Part shown: piece after piece, positions 19,247 to 33,227 of the stretch | Position numbering within the stretch: the stretch's first letter is position 1 | Layout: each line of letters opens with the position of its first letter | Source: Tubiluchus corallicola | Lineage: Eukaryota > Animalia > Priapulida | Assembly (NCBI GenBank): GCA_030141605.1 | Contig: JAQGDQ010000006.1 | Coordinates: forward strand, 1 to 64,000 | Length of the DNA stretch: 64,000 nt | Direction of reading: 5' to 3' | Translations under genes and position numbers: made by a program | Notes under the pieces: generated by a model | What the model was told of the DNA's origin: nothing | The model's database searches: none | The model's input: the letters and a program-made list of their open reading frames with translations, nothing else

Positions 19247-22040
19247 AAGCGGGTGGCAGGAGAAGGAGACAGCCAGCCACTCGCACTAGACGAGCAGTCT
19301 CCATAGGAGCACCCACATCGCATTACACCATTAATTATTCTGCGTCGGTTCGTAACAAAAACGCTTATAAGCAACCTGCGCTTGGTTTGTATGTGCGCGG
19401 CTCAATAAACGGTCGTGTTTGTCGCATTTTAGTTGACACTGGTGCGAGTCAGACAACAGTAAGAAAAGAATTTCTTTCCTTACCAACTGAAGAAATTTTA
19501 TTAGAAAATCGCAAAGCTTTAAGCGCAAACGGATCTGAGCTTGAATTGCGTGGCCCAGTTAATGTTTCTTTGCAACTTGGCAATGAACCGGAAATGTGGT
19601 CTGGCGCAGTACCGGTTTGGCTTTCGAATGACATTGTAGGTGATGATTGTGTGCTTGGCCTGGATTGGCTTCGTGCTAATCATGTTAGCGTGAACACCGC
19701 TAAAAATTTATTGATTTTCCCAGACGGTCAGTTTGTTAAAATTTTTCCCTTAGCGAACGGTACTACTGATATTTTAAATGTAAACCAAATAATTTTGCCT
19801 CCATTCTCTGAAACTGTACTAGAAGGTAGACCAGCTGTGCCGTTGCCACTTGCCACAGGCATGATTACCCGTGTAAATCATGACTTTTTCTGTCGGGAAG
19901 GTGTTTTAACTGGCCGTGTAACTGCACCCCCTGGTGCAAATACTGTTAAAACATTGCTTGCAAATTTGTCACCTAAACCTGTGACTATACCAGTTAATGA
20001 AGTGATTGGTCGGTGGGAAGTTGTGCAAGAACTTCCTGAACCACTCGAACCTAAACCCGTTCAAAAACGCAATGGTTTTCCTGCTATTATAAAATTAAAC
20101 AAATGCACCCATCTATCTGAACCTGTTTGAAATTTGCTCGAGAAAAGTAAAGAGCATCTATCTAGTAAACAGCTTAAGCGTTTACACGCCTTTCTCTTGA
20201 AAAACAACCAGCTATTTTATTCTGGACCAGCAGATATCGGCCGGACCAACGTGGTCCAGCACACCATCAACACTGGCAATCATGCGCCAATTAAAGTGCA
20301 ACCGCGGCGGCTCGGTGAAACGCAGCGCAAGCAGCTTGATGCAGCTATGAAAGAGATGGAAGCTCAAGGTGTGATCGAGCCTTCGTGTAGCCCGTGGTCA
20401 TCTGCAGTGGTTTTAGTCCGAAAGAAAAACGGGGGCACTAGATGCTGCATTGATTATAGAGCCCTAAATGCAATTACCATCAAAGACAGTTATCCTTTAC
20501 CCCGCATAGATGACTCGATAGATGCACTATCAGGCTCTGAATGGTTTTCCACCCTTGACTTGAAATCTGGGTATCACCAGGTCGAAATGCACCCTAACGA
20601 CAAGGAGAAGACGGCTTTTATTACACATAGAGGCCTCTGGCAATTCAAGGCTATGCCTTTTGGCCTGACGAATGCGCCAGCGACTTTCGAACGCCTTATG
20701 GAGCAGGTCCTGACTGGTCTTCATTGGCGTACCCTACTAATCTACCTCGATGACGTGATAGTTTATGGCCACACCTTTGACGAACACTTGGAGCGTCTAC
20801 AAGAGGTCTTCACTCGCTTCCAAGCAGCCGGACTTAAACTTAACGCTGAGAAATGTCTACTTACACAAAAGCAGGTAGCCTACCTTGGACACATTGTCAG
20901 TTCCCAAGGAGTACACACCGATCCTGCAAAAACTGATGCAGTAGCGAAATGGCCTATACCAACAAACTTGACTGAGCTACGTAGTTTTCTTGGCCTTTGT
21001 ACCTACTACAGGCGCTTCATCAAGGACTTTGCAAAAATAGCTGCTCCACTGCACGAACTAACTCGTAAACATCAACCTTTCTTGTGGCAGCAAGACCAGC
21101 AGCAGTCTTTTGAGAGACTTAAAGCCTTGCTTACTTCCTCTCCTGTACTGGCTTATCCTCAGTTCGATAGAGATTTCATACTTGACACCGATGCTAGTAA
21201 TGTCGCCATCGGTGCTGTACTCTCTCAAGTCCAAAATGGACACGAACGTGTAATTGCCTATTACAGTCAAATACTTAACCCTTCAGAACGCAATTACTGT
21301 GCTACTAGACGTGAACTCCTGGCCGTGATAAAAGGGGTGACCAACTTCCATCACTATCTTTACGGAAAACCCTTTTCTATACGTACCGACCATGCGGCAC
21401 TTCGCTGGCTTCACACGCTTAAGCGCCCTGAAGGCCAATTAGCTCGATGGCTTGCGAAATTGGACCAATATCAGTACAAGATAGAGCATAGGCCCGGTAA
21501 AAGTCACGCGAATGCAGACACGCTGTCTAGACGGCCATGCAAACACGAATGCTCTCATTGCAACAAACGTGAAATAAAATTTGAAACTCTGAGAACAGCT
21601 AACAATTCAGAAGCTGAAAATAGCAAAAATGCCTTACAGCCAGCCTGGAGAAGTAAAATTGACAGCGAAATTAATCAGGCATCAAGATGTGTGAAGCCAG
21701 AAATCACTGAACCGGCAAAATTTGTCAAAGTTGGTACAACTTTGCGTGATACTGAATTACATTTTAAAGAACGTCAATTAAATGATAAAGATCTAGCACC
21801 AGTCATAGCGTTTCTTGAAACGTCAAGCGAAAAACCAACATGGGAACAGCGATCACCCCTTAGCAGAGAAGCTAAAGCGGTTTTAGCGCATTGGGACACA
21901 CTGCGTTTAAGAGATGGCATTTTGCAGCGGAAATGGGAAAGCCCTGAAGGGAGTCTTACTCGCTGGCAATGGTTAGTCTCTCGCGCTTTTCGCGAAAAAG
22001 TTTTAACGGAAATGCATTCATCTCCAACTGCAGGCCATTT
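19240..22040 (+). pseudogene. pol: Gypsy Pol (protease, RT, RNase H, truncated integrase) in the -1 frame relative to gag; one in-frame TGA at 20128-20130
   Basis: LVDTGAS; CIDYRALN, LDLKSGYHQ, MPFGLTNAPATF, YLDD; LDTDAS, RRELLAV, RTDHAAL, ADTLSRRP; EMHSSPTAGHL; ORFs 19387 and 20134 share a frame. Confidence 0.95.
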
Positions 22041-25000
22041 GTCGATTTGCGTTGCGATTAAGATCATCTCTATAATAAACGTTTTACAATTAATGTCGAC
22101 GTAACAAAACGACACTTACTACAAGCCGACCCCATGTTTGTTTATCGCATACGTGTTTTTCAAATCCCAGTTTTAAAGACAATGCGACACAAACATTTTA
22201 CTTGTGGTTATAAAAATAACCGAAGCTGCTATTTACATTGTACGTTTTCCAGTTACACTCTAAACACATTTCATTCTTTTTTCACGATCAGAGCTTGCAA
22301 GAAGGATTTACGGTAATGTAGAAAATTTCAAGGTGTTAACACTTTCAGCCTTGTAGAACGAATCTGTGTAGCAAGCCACTGGCATGCCAGTTAACAATGG
22401 CAAAAGCATAGTTCAATAGTAATCATGGTCATTTGAGAAAAAAGGAGTTTTTTTATTGCGCCGCGTCTTAACGTTAGTGAAATGGGGTTGAAAACATAAA
22501 AAGAAACATTATTTGCAAGGCTACCTATCTAGCTGCCTTTATTATATCTTATTGAAAATATGTTTCATTTTCGAAAATTGTCGCAGTTGGCTGTATGCAA
22601 ACCCATAAGTTTGTGCCGCATTCCGTGACTTCTGTCAGTAGGATTCTTTTTAAAGAAGAGCAATAAATAGTACAAAAAGGAATTGTTGTTGTCTTCCCGA
22701 TGCAAAAGACAAGTTATATGCTCATGCATGCATAAACAAGTTATTTTTTACATAATTATTCCAATTTTCAGTGAAAATTATAATCATCACCTCGGTTTCA
22801 AATTGGCCATGTTTTGCATGGATCATGCATGAGTGTCATTGAGGAAAAGAAGTCCAAGGTTTTTACGTATCAAGAAGCTCAACTATACCCCTAGCGGAAT
22901 TTGTTTTCTCTGTCATTAATTCAATTTTATGACACATTAGTATGACAATAACTCAATGTATAGAATGACTATCCTCTAAAGTACAATTTGTACTGTTTTT
23001 TAACGGAAATTCTATTAAAAGTGTGTGAGAAGAGCATATTTCATTGTTGATTTACTGGATTGCTAGTGCCGTTCGTATCTGAGGAATGAGGATGCCCTAA
23101 AACACATGTGTATTGTGTACAGAGGTATTTAATAGTAAGAGGAGTGTTACGTGCGTCTCTTATTGTTCTAAAAGTTTCAAAGTTAGCAATTGCATTGGAA
23201 TGTAGAGGATGCCACAAGATCGTAGTAGAAATACTTGTCTCGAGTATTAAAAGCGTTTAACGACCCATTTTCAGTTTCAACAACCAGGACCAATTTATTA
23301 ACTCCCTTTTGTAACGTAAAGCTTAAATACCTAGACGGCTCACTTCACTGTTTAGCCACCCATGCGCATTTAGCAATCAACAATAACTGTTGACAGACTG
23401 GACCAACAACAGGTTTTTCCAAAAAGAGAAAGTTGCATAAAATTCGACTAAAGGGAGTGACGGGCCCAGTGAACTAAAAGCTTTCTGACTTATTTAAAGT
23501 TTTCTCAACTCTTGAGCAAAGTGAATGACACTTGAGATACACACACCTTTCAAAAACGGTTATGCAGAAGCAAGTTAAGTTAAATTAGGCTAGAGAAAAA
23601 CACGAAAGTGACGTGCGCTTTTGGTAAAGAAGAAATTAGGGTCAATTAACAAGTGGTCAAACACAAAACTTAAACTTTTTTCTCCGCCCACCTCCAAAGA
23701 AAACGCTACGATAGTGAAGGAATGATCACGTCTGCGTAAAACACTAGTTATTTAAAATTTTACATACGGTTTTAACTATCTGCGTAACCCTAAAGCATAA
23801 CGTGCACAGGCATATTATCTACATTAAATTGCTCGGCCTGTAACTGTAACTCCAAACTTTTCCGCAACCTATTTTATACAAATTTGCATTAAAAGTTAAA
23901 GCCACCAATCCATCTTCACACAAGTTCACAGCCCAAATGGCTACTATCATTGTTCCTGTATAAATAAAAATCACGCAAATCTGCAACTATGTATACCTGA
24001 ATTTAAAAACTACACCGTTGCTGTTAGAGTTGTCCTTGCAACAAGAGGGCTTAATTACTACAACTTGTTGGAATATAACTCACAGGAAACCGTGAAAACG
24101 TGTACGCTTGGGTCCACGTTGACCTAATACCAAGAAATGCCAAAATCATGCCTTCGCAAACGAATCTAAGCGCGATGGAATAGTAAAGACTTGTGCGCTG
24201 ATCTAGTATGTGATAGTTCCCATAAGGAACCAGATGGCTACACTGTTAAACTCTGTGGGTGAACTAGTTCTTAACCTTCATTAAGGTTAACTGAATGGAA
24301 TTCCACAAAAATTTTAAAGGGAGACGAACAAGACGTTACTTATGTACGACAATGTAAGTTGGAGGTGATTCAAACCGCTTGCAGAATAAAATCCTTAAAC
24401 CCTATGTGCTTAGATTGACAGGACAATGGGACACATGTTCTAAGTAAACGTATAAGCAGCAGTTACAACTTTAACAGTTCTGAACGATTTTAACTTATAT
24501 TGGCGTTGCACAGTGTTGTGTGACTATCGAATCACAGTGTTGCTTCTTGGTAGTGCATTAGTAGCGCATATTATGCCGAAACTCTTCTCGTGACAAAGTT
24601 GAAAGAATTTGCTTTCTTATTTGCTTGTTGTAAAGTGAAAGTCAAGTATTATTTGTTTACTCAAGCCAATTTGAGTAAAATTATTTCAACGAATCAATAA
24701 TATCCCTAGATTCTAATTTTAAAACTTTACGGCAAGAGAAGTTCCTATCGTGCGTTTCATTAGTCACCTTCAGTCCGTCGAGTAACAGGGAACTTTTTGC
24801 ATTTTAGGTTAGCTAGGCTACTGGAACTAAGATAGTGGCAAAGAAAAACGGGCGAGTGGGCAAAAGTCGACCATTTTTACTGAATCATGGAAACCAATAT
24901 TTATTGAATGTCCTGCTATCGTACATAAAAAATCAGAGAAGCCTGATTCCTGACGTACTGAAACTGAAGCAGCATTATTAGATTTTCTATAGTTGTAATT

Positions 25001-28000
25001 TTTACCCCCCTTTTGCTGAATCACGAATTTAAATTTTCATTTATTATCACCCTGATCACTGCTTCCATCATCTTTACCTCCACCATCATTACGACCTTCA
25101 CCATCATCCTATCTCGTTGCGTTCGCGTCTTATTTTTTCTTATTTTACTTACGTGAACGGCAAAACAAATTCGTTTAAAGAAAACTGGTTTCTAAAGGTT
25201 TTAGGTGGATTATTTTAGCAATTTACCTAATTTTTGGCTATGCATATGGGCCCAATACTGCACATATACTATAAAATAGCATGTAAAAAGAACAAAGATT
25301 ATTGTTCTGGAGCGATCTGAACTGCGGGATAAACTTTGTGATATAGTTCAAGGTTTTCGTTTTGTGCCACATTCTTGTGACGAGACAGACTAACAGATTA
25401 ATGTTCAAATCTATAATAATCTTAGCGTTTTTATGTTTGATGTAGAATTTCCTGTGAGTCACACACTGAGTAAATGATCTGCGGGCATTGCAATTGACTA
25501 GATGATGGTGTTATACGTCTGGAAATTTTGTTGCAATTTTGATCGGAAATAAGCTTACTCACTCTCGTGAAATTTAAGAAATTTTTATTTGGGCAGGACA
25601 TAGGCCTATATGCGGATGACCAAAATTTTCGCAACAAATTGTCAGTGGCTCAGCCCGTGTACATACAAAATATGGCAAACAAGGTGTACGCAAGATTTGT
25701 GCACCTGAAATAGATTTTCAAGGCCACGTAAAACCAATCTATCAATCAACTTTTAACTTACACTTAATTGAATGACAGTTTCGGCGTTTCACGAAACATG
25801 ACATAAACACATGTAAACTGCATGCAACATAGTCCAAGGTCAGTAAAAAAGTTAACTTGTAATCCTGTGTACAGGCATTTTTCTGTATCACCATTATACA
25901 CTTATTTTGCTTTAGATTAGAAACAGAAAGTATATGTAAGTAAACATATAGATTGTTTGACTGTTATATAAATGTAATGAAACAACTGAAAATAAAAACG
26001 TTTAGTGAATGTATAATACATAATTTGTGGAATGCCAGGCCCGCAAAGCAAAGAACGGTAAACTAAGGTTCTTCTTCCTTTACATAATAACTCGAGTAGA
26101 AATCTTAAGAACTGGAACGTTTAACGAAACATCACACAATAAAACATTAAAAAGACATTATTAAGAAAGAAACTGCTTATCGTGAGCTACCAAAAGAGAT
26201 TGAATTGCACAATGTGCAGTGTATTTTGTAATACACACAAAACTATTAGGCGAGTAGGGATAACGCTAAAATGCCGATTTGCGGGAATTAATTACGACAC
26301 AAATGCTTTTTGTTTTTTCTGCATCAGTATGTTATATAGTATTCCAGAAAAATTCCCTGTTTGGGAAAACTTTTTAGGGACTGTTGAAATTTTGGCTTAG
26401 ATGAGCACCTGAAAATGTAGAAATTTGTGCATGGCAAGGATAAGGGTATGCGTACAATTTTGTAGCCACGTAAGATGCCTCTGTTAGTATTGTGCTGTGC
26501 TCCATTGCGATCATGCGGATAGTAGCAGAAAAAGTTTTGAATAGTCCGTCATGGCGCGCTACCCTAAAAACTGTCCCGTCTTAGAATGGCCCGAAAATGT
26601 ATTTATTGATACCCTGCTTATTTTTCTCAAGCGACTTTTTAGTTCTTCTGTGGGTTTCTATCTATACAGTGCACTGCTCTCGGCGCTGTTATATAAAATT
26701 TCAGCATCAGTAGTTACTCAGAGTGGGGCATTAGTTCGCATGGGGCATTTTGTGCAAACCAATCAAAACGCATGTTAACTTAGATATATTGGACGTTTAA
26801 ATAAAACGTTACCTATTTCCAATATACTCCAACATTGCACAACTTACTTTTAATAAGGCAACGTAGATAGCCAAAGTGATTGATAGTACAGTATATTGCC
26901 TCATTCTGTTTAGCTAATTAGGGCTAATTGGTGCTAGAATGCTTCCCATTAAAATATTACCAAAAAATGACAAACGACTTTCAATGCATATTTTTCAATT
27001 TATCAGCCTAAAACTTTTATGTTTATGTGATGAATAATCTCCGTTACGTTTGCATTTCATTAAATTTTCAAAAGTCTATCCATGTGCAAAATGGGAAGTT
27101 ATTTTGGCATAATGAAACGTCCCATGTAGATTAGCCAACAATGACAGTACTGATCTTTTTGTGAGTATGTAATGCCGCTTAGCTTAGGTTACCATATATG
27201 TTATATAATAAAATAAAATGTTATTCACGTAAATTGGTTGCTATGGTTGCTGTGTAATACTGCGTAAAAAAAGAATATTTGAGATTACTGGCCCCTCTAC
27301 TGTGGGGTTCTTTATTAATATTTGTTAAGAATTATTTCCGTGTTATATCCTCCAGACCTACAGGTTTAAGAAATGCATTTTGCTGCCTAATTATTTCACC
27401 AAGGTCGCGCTGACTTGAGATTTACTGTCTTGAATTCTTTTTTTCCCAAAGGCTACACGACGTGGTACTATACATTAATCTTACTGTGAATTGTACAACA
27501 AATGCACTCGTTAAAATTCTGTTAGTGTGCTGCTAATAGTGAGTAATAAAATCCTAGTTGTGGTCAAGCATTCCTGGAATCTACTACGCAAGTTACAACA
27601 ACTAAAAGCATTTTACAGTCACAGACAAATTCAGAAGTTTTTATACTTAAAAACATTCTGTAAGTGTGATTTTTACAACTTCGTAAAATATTGGTAAATT
27701 ATGTTAAGTTTTCTTTTGTTATAATATCAACTGTAGTAACAGGGCGAATCTTTTATCATTGGAATACAAAATATCGTATTGTAATTATCAAGAAAGAATA
27801 TTATCATATTACCTTTTTTCTGTCTAGTAGGTATATTATACGTATTAGCAACTTCTTGGGATATTAATATGACCATTGTTGGTCACACACCCATTCAATA
27901 GCAATAAGCCATTTATCGCAGTCGTTCATTCTTGCATATAAATTAAGGTAATTTTGTTCAACTTTGGTAACCTATGGTCGGAAAATGGTAGTACATAATG

Positions 28001-28595
28001 TAGATGAATTAATTTTAAACAGTTGCCTGCTTCACGGCGGCTTTTGGCTTTTACCAAGCACTATTAATATATTTGACGTAAAGTGCCTAGGCGTTTTTAT
28101 GAAAAAAAGATCATACAAAAGCGAAAACCAGAGATACAGGAGAGAGAGAGAGAGAGAGGGAAAGAAAGATAGAAAGAAAGAGTGAAGAGAGAAAGTGGGT
28201 GAGAGAGCTTGATTAGGTGTTAAAAACTTTTATATTTTGCTGAATAAATAAACAGCACGGTAATACTCACACTTACCTAACAATTACAAACGTGACAAAC
28301 CGAATTTATTTTAGATCGTTTTGTGGGTTAAAGTAAAGTTAGCATAATTAAAAACTTGTGTGTTTTGATACAACATTAATTTTTACTGTATAGTCTCACA
28401 AATATGCACTTTCTGAATTAAAGAAACTAGGTTACAATTTTGTTTTAACTGTTATCTTGCGCTGTGACTTTATAATGAAGATTTTGAGCGTGACCAGTGA
28501 AATAATATGTTCTGCCAGCACAACTGTGCGAGTTGGTTATAAAAGCAAAAGTCTTTACCGGCTTCTATAGCAAAAGATACAAATTTGAGAAAACA

Positions 28596-28598
<3 letters not shown>

Positions 28599-28686
<88 letters not shown>
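28599..28686. repeat. (AAT)n microsatellite, ~29 units
   Basis: Direct reading. Confidence 0.98.
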
Positions 28687-31600
28687 TGCTGGAGTGTAAA
28701 TAATCACAAACCTATCACCTGGGTTTGTATATATCATAGGAAGAAGTCAGCTCAGTTGTATTTGTATGCAGTTTTGAGCTATAGGAGCAGTAGATTTTAA
28801 CATTTTGTAAAGATGAATTGTTAAGAAAGTTTTCAAAGATGATGTATAATATCGACATTTGTTTAATATAGGACATAAAAATCTAGGGTTTGTTAGATTA
28901 ATAAATCTAATTGACTAACAATTACTTGAATTTCCCCTGTAATAACACATTAGTTCTTAATGACAAGAATAGTTACAATAAACGAAAAAATTCCACAATG
29001 AAAAAACAAGGGAAAAAAGAAAAAAGAACACAAAGTTTCACTGCAGTTTTTCTGCAGGTGAACAGAAAAAAAGAAAAAAGATCACAAGAATTACTAGAAC
29101 TACGGAGCTAATTTTTGGTGAGGTTTTTGTTTATATTGTTACCACGTAAAAAGGCTATCACACCAAAAAGGATTGTACTTGGGCGTAAGAAAAAATACAG
29201 AAACACGCAGATAAAAACACAACGGAAAAACAAAGAAGTATAACACCCTGTCCACAGTCACAAAGCAGAATAGGACACATTAGAGGCTAATGTTGCATAC
29301 CACTCTGTTGCCCCATCTTTCGAGAGTTAATTTGGTGGATGTTAGTCTCATTAGTCTACGTACTTGCGTTACATGTTAAACTATTTCACGAGCCAGTATA
29401 ACAATTAAATATGTATAGGATTATAAAAGCATACGGTATTATTATTTCTTGCAATTCTTGTTTTTAAAGTTTGTCCATGACGACCCTTTTGATTTAGCGT
29501 CTCAGACGTAAAACAACTGCAACACTGCCATGATATTAGCGATGAGTCAGCAATGTAATCATCATACACTGATACTATGAAGGTCAATAACATTCCATAA
29601 CACGAAGAACAGGACTTAGCCATCATTAGCTTGAGCCATGGGCGACCTCTGAATTAACATTTTCTATTTTAGCTGACACTGTAAAAATGACTATAATCTA
29701 TAATATCCAAGGAAAGCTGGCTTTATGCGCCTCTCATAAGCATATATGGCAAAGTGGTAATTTTTCTATCCTTCAGATTACAGAAGTATGGCTGTATAAG
29801 TAAAAGACTAAAAACCGCTCCTGAACAGTTACCGGTTTGCAATTTTGTTTTACAAAATTACCTTTAAACTATCATAGAACAGGTCATATAATTATATAGA
29901 TATCATGCTAAAAGCGGCATTAAGGAAAACAATGACTGAAACGATTTGCTATAATTTGGAAATCTTTGTGTTTAACAGAAACATTTATATGTTCCCATTT
30001 TGAATACGCACTTCTTTTAAACTCCTCTCATTGCACTTGATTAATTAAAAATGCACTTGATAGTTGCACTTGATGGAACTTGTACTTCTTTTGCGAAGTT
30101 TCGTCGCACCCTCATAATCATCTCTTTCGGTTCTCCACCCAAATATTATATTTTTTGTCAGAAATATAGAAACATTGTCGATATCATTGACTCCAAATAT
30201 CTATAGTTTCCTGAAAATTCGTTACACTCACTATCAATTAATTCATATATAGTCCGCAAACGTTTTTTCTTCCCATAATTTTCCTATATTTTGTGGATCA
30301 ACTTGTAAAAAACTTCCTCCATTTACATCCGATTAAAGGAGTAACCAAACACCTGGAAGTTAGCCCAGATGTCTTTATAATTTGAAAGATAAACACGTTT
30401 TTCATATTTGTACAATTACAGCCTTCAAAATGACTTTTGTAAAATATCTGATGACGTAGCCATCATTTCAACAGCGGCTAAAAGGAGGGACCAATTACGC
30501 CCCACCTTTATTTTACAGGAATCAAACAGAAGGGAGCAATTATTGTGTGTCATGAAGTGTTACAAATATGTAGAATGAGTAAAATGACAAGTAAATTTCC
30601 CTGAAGGTAAACTTTGGGGAGGACTTATCCACTAGTAATGTAAGAGCAGAAAATGATAAACGGCTTATTGACCTATCTTACAATATTAGAAATCAGTAAG
30701 AAGGAATTGTCTAGATGTGTTTATGTAAACGTGTTGCTGAAATTGAGTTTTGGCAGAAAACGGTCTAAAAATAACGTCTTAATTTCAAGTCTGCATAGTC
30801 AAGAATGCGCTTAAAATGGGCATATTACGCAAGTTCTCAAATACGCTTGAAAAACTGCCCCGCTATTGAAAACGTAATTAAATAGATCGTAACTGCAAAC
30901 TTTACCAGTTTATAATTTTTGATATCAGACGGTTGCGTAACAAAAGGAGCTTCGACGACATCTATTTGGCGAATTTTTTTCACTGCAGAGTCCCAAACAC
31001 CTCTAAATTCCAAAACACGGTAGCAACATTGCTACGCTTAAAATACGTATTTAAAGCAAGCCTACAAAACATAGACTTTCACTATTAAATGGATCATATA
31101 TGGGATATTCTCCCGAGTTTCCCCCGAGGAGCAGGCAACGACAATATTCTTCTTCTCCAACCTTCATCAGAGGAACGGTTGTTGGCGCATCCTTCAAGCT
31201 TTTTCCACACAACTAGACGAGTTAAAAATGCAATCATTCCGGATTTAATTTCCTGCAGGGTAATGGGAGGGGCAGAGCGCAAAAGTTAAGAAACAGCTAA
31301 TCGTATGTTTAATGGAGTAAAACTTAATTTGAAGGTGCTAAATGAAAATAGTTTTACGCGCTGTGCTCTTATGCAACTGTCCCCAGAACATCCTTCACGG
31401 TATCAAACAGTAAAACAAAGCGAATGCATTTAGGTTTTATATCAAATTGTGCACACAGACACAATCGTTTCTCTTCAAAAAAAGCAGACATGCAAACAGA
31501 TTAACATGGTGAAACGTGAAACTGGTTCAAGGGCAATTTCTTGTTCGAATTTTTACTAAAGTGCGTAGAATGAGGCGGTGCGGGGAACATAGTCTCCCAC

Positions 31601-32175
31601 CTTATGTTTGTTATGAAAATAAATAATGTAAATTGCTGGGATTATTTGGAAAACACAGACTCCATAGACATGAACGCATACAATGCTCATGCAAATACGT
31701 TGATTGTTAAACGCTTCACCACATAATTATGGGAAAAATTTCGAGCAGATGGCAGAAAACTTACACCATATATCTTAACTGATAATCACAACAGTTATTA
31801 TATTCCGTAGAAATAATTGTTGGCATTTCATTGCCGTATCATTACCGTACATTACCATTACCTTACACTCGATTAGCCATGATTACAGCACTCTTATCGA
31901 TTACTGCTACAATGAGATCTGAATCTTCAGTGATGGAACTTTTTCTTTATGTTCTCTGTATTCTTCGAATTTTGGCACTCAGACCGACCAAATCATAAAA
32001 TTTCATATAATTAAATGTGGGAAAGGATTTTTCACGCAATCGCAATTAAATATATTTAAAAGAAAACAGCTCCTCAGTCGACATGTAAGTAACGCACGAG
32101 CGTGACCTTGCATAGCTTTAAAACAGTAGCAAGACAAGAAGCACTAAAATAAAGAAAAAAAGAAGCCAGGCTTAC

Positions 32176-32745
32176 CAGTAGTTTCGCTTAGTATGGTCAT
32201 GGAACGGACACGTTTATTGTGTTTAGATCCCAGTAAATGAGCTTCCAGTTGCCTTTGTGAGTTGAAGCATAGATGGCAGGTTTCGCAGAAGGCAGACGAG
32301 CATCGTTTCTTTGCAAATTTCTTACCCATCACATTCTCAATTACAGCCTTTGTCACCGGATCCACCGTAGTGGCAATGTCCACCGACCCTTCACTGCCTC
32401 CGTCACTTCCACTGGCCGGAGAAAGCAACGATTGGCTCGATCCGGACTGCGCTGTCTGCATGCCGGATACATAGGAGCTGACCGATCCTTGGTATGAGCC
32501 ACTGCAGTAGCCGCTCGGGCTTGGACTGTTGACCGTGGTCAGGTACGTTGTATCGCAGTTGTTGTAGGGTACACTGTAGCAAGTGGGTGGAGCAGTATAG
32601 GTGGCGGGAAAGTTGTAAATGTATGGCTGGTTTTGAGCTGGTGCAAAGCCAGTGGGTGCCATGTTACTGGGAATGAATGTACAATTCGTCGGGCTGACGC
32701 AGTTCATATCTGTGTATGTAGGTCCTGGTTGAGGCGGAATACTTC
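32176..32745 (-). CDS. ZNF385/ZMAT/JAZ-like gene, coding exon 3: Ser/Pro/Tyr-rich linker and second matrin-type C2H2 finger
   Basis: ttttgttacag acceptor (phase 1), g|gtaagc donor; FCETCHLCFNSQRQLEAHLLGSKHNKRVR = C-x2-C-x12-H-x5-H; the downstream exon(s) could not be fixed. Confidence 0.88.
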
Positions 32746-32869
32746 CTGTAACAAAATTAACAAAATTCTGTTAGTATACGTACGTAAGAGAAATTATTAT
32801 GATAAAAAAGTCTAAGCTTTTGGGAGAAGTCAAATTGTGAGCCGTTAATGTGACAACTTTTGTAACATT

Positions 32870-33227
32870 CAGGGTTGCCGTGGATATGAAATTTCACATC
32901 AATAAGTCCACAGTCTACAAATTTGTGGCTATCCGTGGATACATCCGTGCCTATCATCTACGATGTGATACTTTCTGATATGATTCGATATGTTTACTTT
33001 CTGAATACATTCACTCCTACTTCATACTAGTAGGTATTGAAAGTGTAAGAAACCAAAGAAAATGATATCTGTAGTTGGTTAAACCAAAACGTGCTTTTAT
33101 TAAATGCACAAACGTGTACTGGAGGACGTAAATGCTGTCATAAAATGCATAAAGTGTAACAATGGATACATCTACGGTAAGCTCTATGTCTGCCATGGAC
33201 ATATCCATGAGATCCACGGCAACCAAC
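32870..33227. mobile_element. hAT-like MITE (CAGGGTTGCCGTGGAT..ATCCACGGCAACC) with internal GGATAT/ATATCC motifs, intronic
   Basis: Inverted ends at 32870-32885 and 33212-33224; right tip decayed, no TSD seen. Confidence 0.65.

Larger units (their letters stand above)
16918..22040 (+). mobile_element. Ty3/Gypsy LTR retrotransposon, 3'-truncated (no integrase core, no 3' LTR seen)
   Basis: LTR, PBS, gag and PR-RT-RH order followed by the start of the integrase HHCC motif; homology ends abruptly at ~22040. Confidence 0.96.

Noticed and set aside
28555-28800. Poly-Asn and poly-Ile ORFs
   Set aside because: (AAT)n microsatellite
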